From the NCBI GenBank assembly GCA_029953675.1, contig JAMWBK010000004.1:1-64000 (forward strand): a stretch of 64,000 nt of DNA, given 5' to 3'. A program made the position numbers and the translations under genes. Position 1 is the stretch's first letter, and every line of letters starts with the position of its first letter. This stretch comes from Rhodosorus marinus CCMP1338. Lineage: Eukaryota > Plantae > Rhodophyta. Below the pieces are notes generated by a model, which saw only the letters and a list, made by a program, of their open reading frames with translations, was not told where the DNA came from and did no database searches. Below are positions 51,890 through 64,000 of the stretch, piece after piece.

Positions 51890-52720
51890 ATGGAGGGAGC
51901 CTATTAAGTTGGAGCTGGTTGCACGGATCGCAGATCCCGAGTCACTGATTGACGATGCATTTGAGCATTGCGTCATGTGCTTTGAAATATGCGCAGATGA
52001 GACACGAGTATACTTTTGTTCGTGTGGTGTCCGGTGGTGCTGTTAATGTTTGAAAAACGTCTGGGCTAGAAACAGGCCGGCGTTTTCGAAGTTTAGCGTC
52101 GGTTCCAGTGAACCCTTTTGTCTCTACTGTGGACGCCCGTTGGACAGTGAGACTATGAAAAGACTCTTGAGGGATGCCATGCTACGGAGGCTCGAGTATT
52201 TTCAAGCCACGCTCTGTTCGGACCGAAGAGGACCCCATTCGGCTATTTATTGTACAGCGGATGGTTGCTTTCGAAAGTTTACTTTGCCAGCCGATACCGA
52301 AGCCTTAGCGTCGGTAAGAATCCTTCTCCTTACCCCGCGTATAACCATATGGTAGCGGTGAGCAATTTCTCAGCAATACAGTGGTTCTTGACGTTCAGGA
52401 ACCTCTGAATTGCGAATGCGGGAGTACATTTGTATGTCCTATATGCGCGCAAAGTGGACACCCAGGACGGGGATGCATATATGGGGATGACTATAGTCCC
52501 GTGGGAGAACGTCGAAAACTATTTCGGCGTAGAGGAAAATATAGAATCTGCCCGGGTTGTGGAGCCACAACCCGGGCAGTGGTCATGAAGGAAGATGGAT
52601 GTAATTCTATCCATTGCATATTTTGGTAAGCCACAGCCAGAAGCTCGTAGAGTTTTCACTTCGACAGTGGTTGTTTTGAAAAGTGTGTATCACTACCACC
52701 AAACTGCTCAAAGGCTCTGA
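51890..52720 (+). pseudogene. RING-IBR-RING (RBR/Ariadne-like) E3 ligase-like gene, probable pseudogene
   Basis: CVMC..CSC..WCC*CL..CLYC (RING1, with TAA at 52044); YCTADGC..CECG..CPIC..H..C (IBR); CPGC..KEDGCNSIHC (RING2). An in-frame GT-AG intron is predicted at 52314-52398 and a likely second at 52626-52667. Confidence 0.65.
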
Positions 52721-53594
52721 CTCGAATTCATTGTGTATTTGTCTTTGTCGCTTCCTTGAAATCACGCTAAACACTCGACCCGTAAATTGCTCAGTAGGGA
52801 AGCGTGGTGCTGGACTTGTAGCAAAAGTCTGGAACCAGAAAATTCTGGTGATTGTTGCGGTGCCGAAGATGGGCTAACTTATAAACGTTGTCTAGGTTTT
52901 GGCTTTTTCCGTCAAACGTTTAGTTTTGGTGACGCTTTCGCCTTTCATCGGTTCGTATTGGGTCGCCGATCTCACTAGGTCTCGTTTGCATCGCTTGATT
53001 GGAAAGCGTTATTCGGATTGTTATCCGGATACGACGAACGGATAACGAAAGCTTTTCTTCGGGTAACTGGATTCTAGATGTTAATGACAAACGAATCTAG
53101 TTTGCTGAAACTTTGTCCCTAGGTTCCACAACTGCACGCTTAATAGCCGAGAGAGTGCCAAGAGTACTATGTAGTTCGTGTTTATTCCTCTGATCCTACC
53201 GAATACTTGGAACTCTGGCGACGTACTAGTGTCGCCCTGTGACGGTATTCTAGCAGCGTGCTGGCCGAGGCGCGCCATCGGCGCCTGGATTTGCGCGCTT
53301 CCCTCCCTAGTTCTTAGTTCCTTTTCACGCCTTGCGTTTGCACTTCAGGCTATGCTAATAAAAACCAGTAGTCATATGTTCTTATTCGCTCTCGACGGGC
53401 TCCACTAGGGAGTCCTTTGATAGGGCATTCATGGTTAACCACTCTACGTCCGTCATTGGGTCACCGTCTCTATGCAGTTGCGCTCTGCAGCGCGGATCTA
53501 CCTGGGTTTGTCACAAGCTCCGTGGCACTCAAATGGCCGTCTTTCTGTCAGCGATGTGAGAGTCGGATTGACGCTTGTGGCTACTTGCTCTTGG

Positions 53595-53797
53595 GTAGGT
53601 GTCTCCCCTGTAGGGGTGACGTGACATCACCGTCACATCGATGGCAAATCTTTGCCACGTTCGAGGGACAGCCACCAGATCGGGTCTCAGATTCGAATTT
53701 GTGAAGTAACCTGTAGGTTCTTGCTGAACGTCTCTGAAGTGCAATCTGTTAAGCCAGCGCGCCAGCTCAGTGCAGATCTCATCATGTCGACCCCAGA
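53595..53797 (-). mobile_element. Degenerate family D RLE fragment with ACCCCAGA at its 5' junction, adjoining family F relics (53230-53590)
   Basis: Aligns to 27120-27310 (QQEPTGYFTNSNLRPDLVA..AIDVTV). Confidence 0.75.
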
Positions 53798-53964
53798 AAG
53801 AATGTCGATTTCGTGACTTTAAAACGTCGGCTCAAATTTAGAAGTACTCATCTCTCGAACTGAATGAATGGTCTCGAACTAGGGGATTCTAGTGCGTTGG
53901 CAGAAAACTACTAACCCACAGTTTAAACAGTATAATATCGTAATAATTGATATTATGTGGATTA

Positions 53965-54406
53965 TTAGGGTGTAATTTCTGGCCTATCATGTGTGTAGTA
54001 CTTGTCGTCACCCTCACCTCCATCGAGTAGATCCTGATTACCGCCAATGAGATAGTCGTCGCCATTCTCTCCATAAACCTTATCTGGGTCGGTGTCATAA
54101 AAGCCAGAATACTTTGGACCACGGTAACCTGCTAAATAATCATCGCCATCACCGCCGTAGATCCGGTCACCACCTTCTCTACCCTCAATCGAATCATCGC
54201 CATCACCGCCGTAGATCAGGTCAGCACCTTCGGAACCCTCCATGGAATCCTCTCCGTCACCTCCCATCAATAAGTCGTTTCCTTCATTCTCCCGCATTAT
54301 ATCATCCCCGCGACCCCCAATGAGCGTGTCATTCCCTGCGTCGCCCTTCATCAGATCGCGACCGTGTCCACTAACTATCGTATCGTCGCCGTTCCCTCCA
54401 TAAGCT
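53965..54406 (-). CDS. 3' part of a gene with RTX/hemolysin-type Ca2+-binding nonapeptide repeats, interrupted by family F
   Basis: GGNGDDTIV, GDAGNDTLI, GGRGDDIMR, GGDGEDSME, GGDGDDSIE and GGDGDDYLA. The upstream part of the track ORF is the F 3' UTR. Confidence 0.8.
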
Positions 54407-56520
54407 TGGACTTTACTAGCATAGCCTGAAGCGCTACGCAAGGGGTGAAGATGAACTAATAACTAGGGAGGGAAGCATGCAACCCCAGGCGCCGATGGCG
54501 CGCCTCGGAAAGCATGTCGCTGGAATATCGCCAAAGGGAGACACTTAAACGCCTCAAAAGCGCCAAATATTCAGTAGGATGCTCAGCACAACATTTCCGC
54601 AACCACTCTAAACCCGACTTATCGACGTGACCAAAGCTTTCCAGAATGAATGGCTGGAACCGGTGAGGGCGACCCTCAGCGCAAGGCAGACTGGCCATGC
54701 TCTCAGCATACCGTCGTGCCTTAACTCTTCGAAGGGCTGAAGCCGCGGCCCCCCGGCGGCGGGCGGCTGCGGTGAGGTGGGCGCTGGCCACGGGGCAGGT
54801 AATCGCAAGGTCCACATATGTTGAGCGTCTGGCAGCAGCGTCGGAGACGAGGAGATCGGCTATACAACGGGGCGGTGCAGAGTCCGAGATTGATCTTGGC
54901 AGTTCCGACTCAACCTCAACCGTATGCCCTATCCGAGTCAAAAATTCGCTGAGGATGTACTTGAGGCGAGTGTGACGCCTCGTACGGAGACCTCTCAACA
55001 GTCCGCAGGAACCCAGGAAGTGGTAGCCACAAGCTTCAATCCGGCTCTCACATCCCTGACAGAAAGACGGCCGATTAGAGTGCCACGGAGCCTGTGGCAA
55101 ACCGAGATAGATCCGTGCGGCCGAACGGAATTGGAAAGCATCGAGACGATGACTCAATGACGACGGTGGAGTGGTTAACCACAAGTGCGAGAGGTGGCCT
55201 CCCATGCCGCGGAGACGAGCGGCAGTGGTAGGCGGCGTGAGAGGAGAATTGAGCATGGCTGTGTGAGTAAAGTCCAGTCCAGTGTGAGCGGCACTGTGTT
55301 GGCCCCAGGTGAGGCTGTGTTGAATCACATCATTGCGGGAGCTCCACAATCGGCTCAAACCCGGGTAGTCTGCAACAGGTGACCCGGGGCTAGCCTCTCC
55401 GTCATCGGCAAGAACTCGGTCGAGGGGAGAATCCTGAATCGCTTCAGCTCGTCCCCATAACAGCTCCCTCCAGGAACGAAAGCGGGACCGATTTGAGTCC
55501 GGCACGGCGTTGCACCTCCTGAACGCGTGTTGAAGACCATCATAAATTGTCAAAAGCGGGGGCGGCAGGGTCACTGGATCCTCGTTGGTCAAAGCTCGAG
55601 CCAAGAGGCAGGCACTTCGCATCTGGAAGGTCACCAACGTTCGCAGCGCGGTAGCCCAGGAGGCAACCGCCGCTGGCGAGCATACCAGCCCACGGTCTGC
55701 GACGCTGAATCCCCCTAATCGCAACGGTAGAGCGATCTGTGCACGAATCAAGTCCCTGTCGGGAGCAGCTTCAAGATCGAGGGGCTCATCCAAGAGCGTT
55801 CCCCAGTGTTGCAGGATTATCTCGCCGGCTTTAGCCGCGATCCATGAGCCCCAAACTGGAGGCAGGCTGCGCAACCAGTAGTTGAGTCTGGGACCGACAC
55901 AAAAGCGGGAACGCAAGCAGGCCGATTGCAGCATGCTTTCGGGTAGGTGCTCAATGGCGTCGGTGAGTTGCTTGTGCCGTGCCAAAACTCGCTCGCAGGA
56001 TGCTTGGACAAAGTTGTCAGTCCCCAATCCGACGCCGTGGTGTTCGAACCCTTCACGTTCGCTGATTAGTCGCAGAGTGGGTGGCAGAGAGGCCAGCGAC
56101 ACGTCCCTCGGGGGGAGAAAGCGGCATTTTTCTGTTTCCACAGTCAAACCGACGCGACGTGCAATCGCTTCGATCTCGGTCAGCCCCCTAGCCAGGGTGT
56201 CAGGGGTGCCCAGCAATGTTATGTCATCGTGGTACGCGCAGATTCGAAGATCCGAGACCTCAGTCGAAAGACGTAAAGTACGAGCTGTAGGGCACAGGCA
56301 TGAAGAAGAGGTCCGCAAGGGTCGCCTTGTTGGACGCCAGTATGTGCTTGAAAAACAGTGCCCTCCGTTGTCAAGTAGGGGAGGCTCTCCCCTCCGTAAA
56401 TACCCGATAGAAACGGCCACGCCTCTGGAAATACCCGTCGGAGCACCTCTAGCGCATGCGTCCGCGACACGCTGTTGAATGCGTTCCGGAAATCAACCAC
56501 CAAGACTCCCCACTCCGGCC
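54407..56520 (-). mobile_element. Family F young 5'-truncated copy (RT C-half, knuckle, RLE, tail)
   Basis: GVQQGDPCGP, AYHDDITLLG, LPLRLGGF, CQGCESRIEACGYHFLGSC and CIADLLV..YVDLAI; small indels in the 5' part. Confidence 0.9.
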
Positions 56521-56759
56521 TACTGGCGTGTTCTAGCTCGATCCCATGGGTGATCAGCTATTAGCACTGTGAACCTAACAACCCCGGATGGGTGTCCTAT
56601 GAAATGGGAAGAGAAGTCACAAGCATGTGACGAAGTTACAGTAGATATCCATCTACTCTAACCCCAAGTACCTAGTACTCCCGGTACTCTCTCGGCCATT
56701 GAGAGTACCTAGGGTTTTACAATGAAGCTACCAACTCCGGATGGGGTGGTGGTTATGCT

Positions 56760-59475
56760 GGTTTTTACTAGCATAGCCTCAAGCGCTACGCAAGGTGTGG
56801 ACTGTAACTAGGAACTCGGGAGATAAGCATGCAAACCCAAGCGCCGATGGCGCGCCTCGGCAAGCGTGCGGCTTGAATATCGCCACAAACGACACTGAAC
56901 GGCGTAAGAGTTCCAAGTATTCCATGGGATGCTCAGCAAAACGTTTCCGCAACCAATCCAAACCCGACGTATTCCAAGTGGCCAAAGGTTTCCACAACGA
57001 AAGGCTAAAACCTGTGAGAACGACCCTCAGCGCATGGCAGACTGGCTGTACTCTCAGCATACCGTCGTTCGTTCGCTCGGCCAGGGGACGAAGCAGCTGC
57101 TCCTCGGCGACGGGAGCAAACCTGAGATGAGCGCTTGCCACAGGGCATGTGGTCGCGAGGTCAACATATGCTGAGCTTCTGGCGGCAGTGTCGGAGACGA
57201 GGAGATCTGCGATGCAGCGAGGCGGTGCCGTGTCCGCGACCGATCTGGGCAGTTACGATTCCACCTCAACTGCATGCCCAACCCGAGACAAAAAATTCGT
57301 TGAGAACGTTCTTGAGACGAGTGTGACGCCTCGTACGAAGACCTCTCAATCGTCTGCATGAACCTAAGAAGTGGTAACCACATGTGTCAATCCGACTCTC
57401 ACATCGCTGACAGAAAGACTGCCTATTAGAGTACCACGGAGCTTGTGGCAAACCCAGGTAGATCTCTGCGGCAGTGCGGAACTGGAAGCCGTCGAGACGG
57501 TGTCCCAGTGACGAAGGCTAAGTGTTTAAACACAACGTGCGATAGATGTCCTCCCAGGCCACGGAGCCGAACGGCGGCGATAGGCGGTGTGAGGGAAGAA
57601 TTGAGCAAGATTGTGTGAGCTGCACTGTGTTGGCCCCAAGTGAGGCTATGCTGAATCACATCAGCGTGTGAATTCCACAATCGGCTCATACCTGGGTGAT
57701 CTGGAACAGGTGACCCGGGATTGGTTTCCCCCTCGTCCGAGAGGGCTCTGTCGATGGGAGAGCCCTCAATCGCCTCAGTACGTCCCCATAACAGATCCCT
57801 CTAGGAGCGAATACTGGATTGATGCTCGTCCGGTAAGGCGGTGAACCTACTGAACACCTGTTGACGACCATCATAAGTGCTCAAGAGCGGGGGCGGAAGA
57901 GCCACGTGGTCTTCTCTAGTCAGTGCTCGAGGCAAAAGGCAGGCACTTCGCATCCGAAAGCTCACCAAGATACGAAGTGCGGTAGCCCAGTAGGCGCTCA
58001 ATGGCGTCGGTGACTTCTTGTATCTTAGCACAACTCGTTTGCAAGAGGCTTGGACCAAGCTATCACTCACGAAGCCGACGCCGCGGTGCTCGAACCCGTC
58101 ACGACCGCCAATGATTCGGAGATTAGAGGGCAGCGAGGACTTCGAAACCTCCCTCGGCTGGAGAAAATGGCACTTCACTGGTTCCATTATCAGACCTATT
58201 CCACTTGCAATCGCCTCGATCCGGGTCAGCGCCCGAGCCAGGGTCTCAGATGTGCCCATCAACCTCACGTCGTGATAGGCGCAGATAAGAAGATTCGGTA
58301 CCTCAGTCGCGAGCCCAAGAGGAGCTGCAACGCACAGGCGTGTAGGACAGGGCCACAAGGATCGCCTTGTTGGACTCCCGTGTGTGCTTCAAAAACGGCA
58401 CCCCAGGTAGTCCAGTAGGCCCCCCCCAAGCGTAAATCCCAAAGGAGAAACCCCACGCCTCCGGGTTCCCGGCGAATCACCTCCAAAGCATGCGTTCGCG
58501 AAACGCTGTAGAAAGGTTGCGGAAATCGATCGTCAGCACTCCCCAGTCCCTTTTTCTTGCCCGCTCCAGCTCGATGGCATGAGTGATCAATTCTCAACCC
58601 ATGGAAAATCCCAACCCTACATGCAAAGGCGCCATAAAGCTGTGACCCGTGGCGGAGGCGTTGGCATAGCCACCTTCCAGCTAACATCCGAGGACTCTCG
58701 ACCATGCCGATCGGCCGGAGACGCGGGTGTGCTGGCTGATGGTCGGGTTTTGTCAGCAAGCAAAGCTGTGCCCGTCGGAGATGCGGAGTTGGTCCCACGG
58801 AGCACACGCACGCCCTGCGCCCTGGAACAGCGTAATTGAGGATTTTGACTAGCGCACTCTGGTCAGGCTTGCTCAAGGCCTGCAATAGTTTCATTCGTAG
58901 CCAGGAGGGTCCAGGACAGCGTCCACGACGAGTTCGGTGGAAATTCTCCAGATCAGACTCTCTGAGCGTCAGTTCAATGCGAAATCTGGCCAACTCTGGG
59001 CGGTCCAAGAAGGAATCGAACTCGGGGAGCAAGCCCACGTCAGACGAAGGGAACAACGATGACGCCATCTAGTCGAGACTTACATCGTAGGGGAGGACAA
59101 GCGCCTGGCCCTCCAAGACCCGTGCCGCTCGACTCAAATTACCAGCCGCACCAATTTCTTCACTCGAGCAGCCAGGGTGGAGACTGTTTCAGCTCGAATC
59201 CTACGGGCGAATGGCTCCGATGACGACAAGTAGCTTTGTTGCAACGCCTCGAATTCTCCCTTCAGGAATAACCTCAAACGCTCGCGGACTGTCCTTCGGC
59301 GTTGTGGTGTGCAGACAGGGGCCAGGAGCAGACGCGGTATGACACCCAAGAATTCCCACATCGATGGTGTGCCGTTGATTGCGCGCCAGACTCGTGAAAA
59401 TAAAGTCGAGGATTGGCCCAGCCATTGAGAGTTCTCCTCGAGGTAGGACTAGAGGCGGAATCCTGCCCCGGAGTT
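56760..59475 (-). mobile_element. Older degenerate family F copy with internal deletion
   Basis: Fragmented ORFs with the same motifs (LRPIGMVES, GVQQGDPCGP). Confidence 0.8.
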
Positions 59476-59482
59476 GCAGGGA

Positions 59483-61514
59483 ATTTACGGAGGGGAGAGC
59501 CTCCCCTATTTGACAACGGAGGGCACTGTTTTTCAAGCACATACTGGCGTCCAACAAGGCGACCCTTGCGGACCTCTTCTTCATGCCTGTGCCCTACAGC
59601 TCGTACTTTTACGTCTTTCGACTGAGGTCTCGGATCTTCGAATCTGCGCGTACCACGATGACGTAACATTGCTGGGCACCCCTGACACCCTGGCTAGGGG
59701 GCTGACCGAGATCGAAGCGATTGCACGTCGCGTCGGTTTGACTGTGGAAACAGAAAAATGTCGCTTTCTCCCCCCGAGGGACGTGTCGCTGGCCTCTTTG
59801 CCACCCATTCTGCGACTAATCAGCGAACGTGCAGGGTTCGAACACCACGGCGTCGGATTGGGGACTGACAACTTTGTCCAAGCATCCTGCGAGCGAGTAT
59901 TGGCGCACAAGCAACTCACCGACGCCATTCAGCACCTACCCGACAGCATGCTGCAATCGGCCTGCTTGCTTTCCCGCTTTTGTGTCGGTCCCAGACTCAA
60001 CTACTGGTTGCGCAGCCTGCCTCCAGCTTGGGGCTCGTGGATCGCGGCTAAAGCCGAAGAGATGACCCTGCAACACTGGGGAACGCTCTTGGATGAGCCC
60101 CTCGATCTTGAAGCTGCTCCCGACAGGGACTTGATTCGTGCACAGATCGCTCTACCGTTGCGATTAGGGGGATTCAGCGTCGCAGACCGTGGGCTGGTAT
60201 GCTCGCCAGCGGCGGTTGCCTCCTGGGCTACCGCGCTGCGAACGTTGGTGACCTTCCAGATGCGAAGTGCCTGCCTCTTGGCTCGAGCTTTGACCAACGA
60301 GGATCCAGTGACCCTGCCGCCCCCGCTTTTGACAATTTATGATGGTCTTCAACACGCGTTCAGGAGGTGCAACGCCGTGCCGGACTCAAATCGGTCCCGC
60401 TTTCGTTCCTGGAGGGAGCTGTTATGGGGACGAGCTGAAGCGATTCAGGATTCTCCCCTCGACCGAGTTCTTGCCGATGACGGAGAGGCTAGCCCCGGGT
60501 CACCTGTTGCAGACTACCCGGGTTTGAGCCGATTGTGGAGCTCCCGCAATGATGTGATTCAACACAGCCTCACCTGGGGCCAACACAGTGCCGCTCACAC
60601 TGGACTGGACTTTACTCACACAGCCATGCTCAATTCTCCTCTCACGCCGCCTACCACTGCCGCTCGTCTCCGCGGCATGGGAGGCCACCTCTCGCACTTG
60701 TGGTTAACCGCTCCACCGTCGTCATTGAGTCATCGTCTCGATGCTTTCCAATTCCGTTCGGCCGCACGGATCTATCTCGGTTTGCCACAGGCTCCGTGGC
60801 ACTCTAATCGGCCGTCTTTCTGTCAGGGATGTGAGAGCCGGATTGAAGCTTGTGGCTACCACTTCCTGGGTTCCTGCGGACTGTTGAGAGGTCTCCGTAC
60901 GAGGCGTCACACTCGCCTCAAGTACATCCTCAGCGAATTTTTGACTCGGATAGGGCATACGGTTGAGGTTGAGTCGGAACTGCCAAGATCAATCTCGGAC
61001 TCTGCACCGCCCCGTTGTATAGCCGATCTCCTCGTCTCCGACGCTGCTGCCAGACGCTCAACATATGTGGACCTTGCGATTACCTGCCCCGTGGCCAGCG
61101 CCCACCTCACCGCAGCCGCCCGCCGCCGGGGGGCCGCGGCTTCAGCCCTTCGAAGAGTTAAGGCACGACGGTATGCTGAGAGCATGGCCAGTCTGCCTTG
61201 CGCTGAGGGTCGCCCTCACCGGTTCCAGCCATTCATTCTGGAAAGCTTTGGTCACGTCGATAAGTCGGGTTTAGAGTGGTTGCGGAAATGTTGTGCTGAG
61301 CATCCTACTGAATATTTGGCGCTTTTGAGGCGTTTAAGTGTCTCCCTTTGGCGATATTCCAGCGACATGCTTTCCGAGGCGCGCCATCGGCGCCTGGGGT
61401 TGCATGCTTCCCTCCCTAGTTATTAGTTCATCTTCACCCCTTGCGTAGCGCTTCAGGCTATGCTAGTAAAGTCGGGTGCTTCAGGCTATGCTAGTAAAGT
61501 CCAGTAAAGTCGGG
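59483..61514 (+). mobile_element. Family F young 5'-truncated copy, open frame to 61426, with duplicated 3' terminus
   Basis: Inverted near-identical twin of 54407-56400. GCTTCAGGCTATGCTAGTAAAGTC occurs twice (61450-61502). Confidence 0.92.
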
Positions 61515-61559
61515 TTGTAGGGAGCCTCCTTCCAAAGAAAGCTCCGCCCGAGACCCCTA

Positions 61560-62900
61560 TTTACACCGTCTTTCTGAACGTAAGCTTGCAGGTCCATTGG
61601 CTGCGAACTCGCAGCCAAACCAGAGGAGCCGATCGTCTTTTTCCCCTTTGGACCCCGGGGGAGTCGGTCCTACCGGGCTTGCTGCATGGCCGCCCCTGAA
61701 GGTGTCAGACGCAGGCTCAGCGAGACTCGCGGTATGTTGACCTCGGGACTCGACGAATCCACTGTGAATCTCTCACGAGACATGGCCTCCGGCGCTCCAG
61801 TGTCGCCACTCTCACTGGAACTGGTACTAGGGGCAGAGCCCTACAAACCCCCCAGCCGCTGTAGCTCTGCCTTGTAGTGCGAGGTTAGCACGAGGCTCCT
61901 CTCCAGATCAAAGAAGGTGGAGACGCCGTGCGCAGGTGACGCAGGCCTGACCAGAACGCTCCAACAAAATCATCTCGATGCGGTGAATGCGAAGCCAATG
62001 GACGGCTGCCGCCTTCACGCTGCTCTCCCGTTCGGAGAGCCCGTCAGTGTGCCTCGGGGACAGAAACTGCGCCGAGAAACGGTCGAACGCGAAATGCAGG
62101 GCGACCTGTGGGTGCGAATGCAACCAGCGGGCGCTCTCAGGCCACTGTTCGGTGGGCTTGACCAGTAAGGCCTAGAGGTACGTCGCCGCGTTCGATGTGA
62201 CGAGGAAAACGACGTCCCGACCCTCGTAGTTGGCAAAAACAAAGCGTTCTCGACTACAGCCCAAGGATTGCGCAAAGATGTTCCGGAAATCGCGCATGTT
62301 CGGAACCTGGCCACGGGTTGTTTGCGGCCGAACGTTCCGCACCCGGACAAATTGCAAAGCCGTTTCTGTAGGACCACCCTGAGGCTCTTGCGGTGGTAAG
62401 AAACGCCCCTTACCTGCCGTACGGGCGCTAGTGGTGCCTTTCCGCAGCACCGAGATGTACGAAGGCTCCGCCTTGGGGCGACCACTCGCACCCGCCGGGG
62501 CCGGAGGCTGCTGACCCACGGAGGGCTTGTCAGGAAGAAAAGTCCGCGCCAAAGGATTGGACTGCTAAGGATGGCGAAACGGCTTCAACTGCCTCCAAAC
62601 CGATTCCCTCAGATTGACCACAACTGTTTCCTCCAGTCCCCGAGCGCGGAGGCTCGTTTTGGACCCGCTTTCCTCTCCCCACTTCGCACTGTCCCAAGCA
62701 GGCGTACAGCCCCCACCTGTTCCGGGACAGGTTTATTTTGACTGTACTCCCGATGTTGACTGCCTGGGGCAACCGTTGCAGCACTTCTCGAATTCGAATT
62801 GCCGTCCAAACTTAAATTTTCCCCCGACATCAGCCCCGATTCCAGCCAACCGAGCCAAAGGGATAGCTGGGGTAGATCACCCGCGGCGGTGATACTACTC
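61560..62900 (-). mobile_element. Degenerate family F 5' region
   Basis: Homologous to 44870-46100 (VRPQTTRGQVP, VKAAAxHWLRIHR, GCAGCCAATGGACCTGCA). Confidence 0.7.
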
Positions 62901-63635
62901 TTGATTAGGTTTGCTCCGGGGGTATTGATTTGGGAGTTTTTCGGAAAGTGGAGGGCGAAAACTGGTGAGAGTCCTTATCGTTCTGCCTTCCTTATCATCT
63001 ACCCCTTAAGTAGAGTGTAATTAACTCTCCCTACTACGCTATCAAAGGAGTGGTGTTGATCCCGCGAAACAACAAACGGTCAACACAGCATTCAACGAGG
63101 GCAGCATATAAAATTTGGCCCAGCACCCTGGCTGTCATCACACCCCACCAGAACCGTATACAGAGACCAAAACAAGCCCAAGCTCCCCATGCGTTGCACG
63201 CAGATGCAAACTTCACCCAAAAGACGACTTTTCGAAACGAAGATTGAGCGTGGCGCTGTTCAAAACGCTCAGTCTTCGTTTCGAAGCAGCACCCTAACGC
63301 TCTCGAAGGTTCAGCAATGCCGAAACACGTCTTCGTCAAAATGGACGACCTGCACCAATTTTGCCGGTATGAGCAGTAATCCGGCAGCATTCAGCAAGAG
63401 CGAAGATACCGCTCTTGGTGAGCGACAGAGGAGCTTGCCTCCAGAACTACAGTGGCGTTACCCCTTCGTGATTTGCTGAGTAAATTTCAGCCACTTTGCG
63501 GAATGTATACGGTAGTTCATCATGAAAGAACCCCGCGACTACGCGATAACTCCACCGCAGTGCATTCTCAGTACTGATCTTCAGAAGTCAATTTATTCAG
63601 AATCTAGTATCTACAGACACTGTGCCTCCATAACA

Positions 63636-64000
63636 TTAGGCGAAATCGTAAAGGATCTGAAGATCAACGTACTTGGAGTAATCAAAACTCCCGTCGCCGT
63701 TGGGTCTATACACACGGATATCTCTGGCAGTCTCTGAAGGGGGATACAATTTGAACGTCTGGGTTGAGAAGAGAGTGTCGTCACCTAACGTAAGACCTCC
63801 GTCGGAGTCTTTAACGGTCACCTCGATTTCCTTGTAGATTCCGACACCAAACTGGAGCTGCTCAGAGCCCCAGTTGGGCGTGTTGTCGTTGTCGATCGTC
63901 TTACTTGACGTAGATGGAATCTCCGGAGCATTTCCAATATATCGAACAGCTCTGACAATCACATATGGATCGGAATCACCAGCGTACCAGGGATCGTTAC
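63636..64000 (-). CDS. C2-domain protein, C-terminal part (continues beyond the window)
   Basis: Frame is open to the edge: NDPWYAGDSDPYVIV..KTIDNDNTPNW..IEVTVKDSD..GDDTL, a typical C2 pattern. Confidence 0.8.
   Translation of the reverse strand, partial: NDPWYAGDSDPYVIVRAVRYIGNAPEIPSTSSKTIDNDNTPNWGSEQLQFGVGIYKEIEVTVKDSDGGLTLGDDTLFSTQTFKLYPPSETARDIRVYRPNGDGSFDYSKYVDLQILYDFA

Noticed and set aside
12628-52046. TAA/TAG reassignment to Gln/Glu, suggested by in-frame stops at 12628, 20205, 24429 and 52044
   Set aside because: The long ORFs (923 aa, 1041 aa, SDR) contain no in-frame TAR and end in TAG, and the TAATG overlaps need TAA as a stop. The isolated stops fit single substitutions.

Overview
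This window is a eukaryotic chromosome end. It starts with ~26 copies of a 16-nt telomeric repeat (C-strand CTAACGTAACCCCAGA; G-strand GGGGTTACGTTAGTCT). The next ~32.6 kb is a stack of fragments from at least 5-6 distinct non-LTR retrotransposon lineages with a CRE/SLACS/MoTeR-like RT, a CCHC knuckle and a restriction-like endonuclease (RLE); I label them A, A2, B, C/C', D and E. The fragments are mostly separated by short telomeric tracts and are almost all co-oriented with the telomeric G-strand. Intact 3' ends share a covarying hairpin plus an ARTAAAK-NNYAC terminus joined mostly at GG|GG of the repeat. Their ORF1 and ORF2 are coupled by overlapping stop/start codons (TAATG, TGATG, ATGA). 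An inverted block (~8.4-23.3 kb) carrying an SDR gene and a secreted repeat protein looks like a second former chromosome end fused head-to-head. The array is built on a chromoviral Ty3/Gypsy element broken in its protease and capped by telomeric sequence at 32.57 kb. Proximal DNA (36.5-64 kb) is dominated by a related dispersed RLE family (F) with variable microsatellite tails. It also holds fossil telomeric relics, a 923-aa secreted orphan, an RBR E3-like pseudogene, an RTX-repeat gene fragment and a C2-domain gene at the window edge. Family labels are mine, from visual alignment only. The organism cannot be identified from this window, and assembly or read chimeras cannot be excluded without raw reads.
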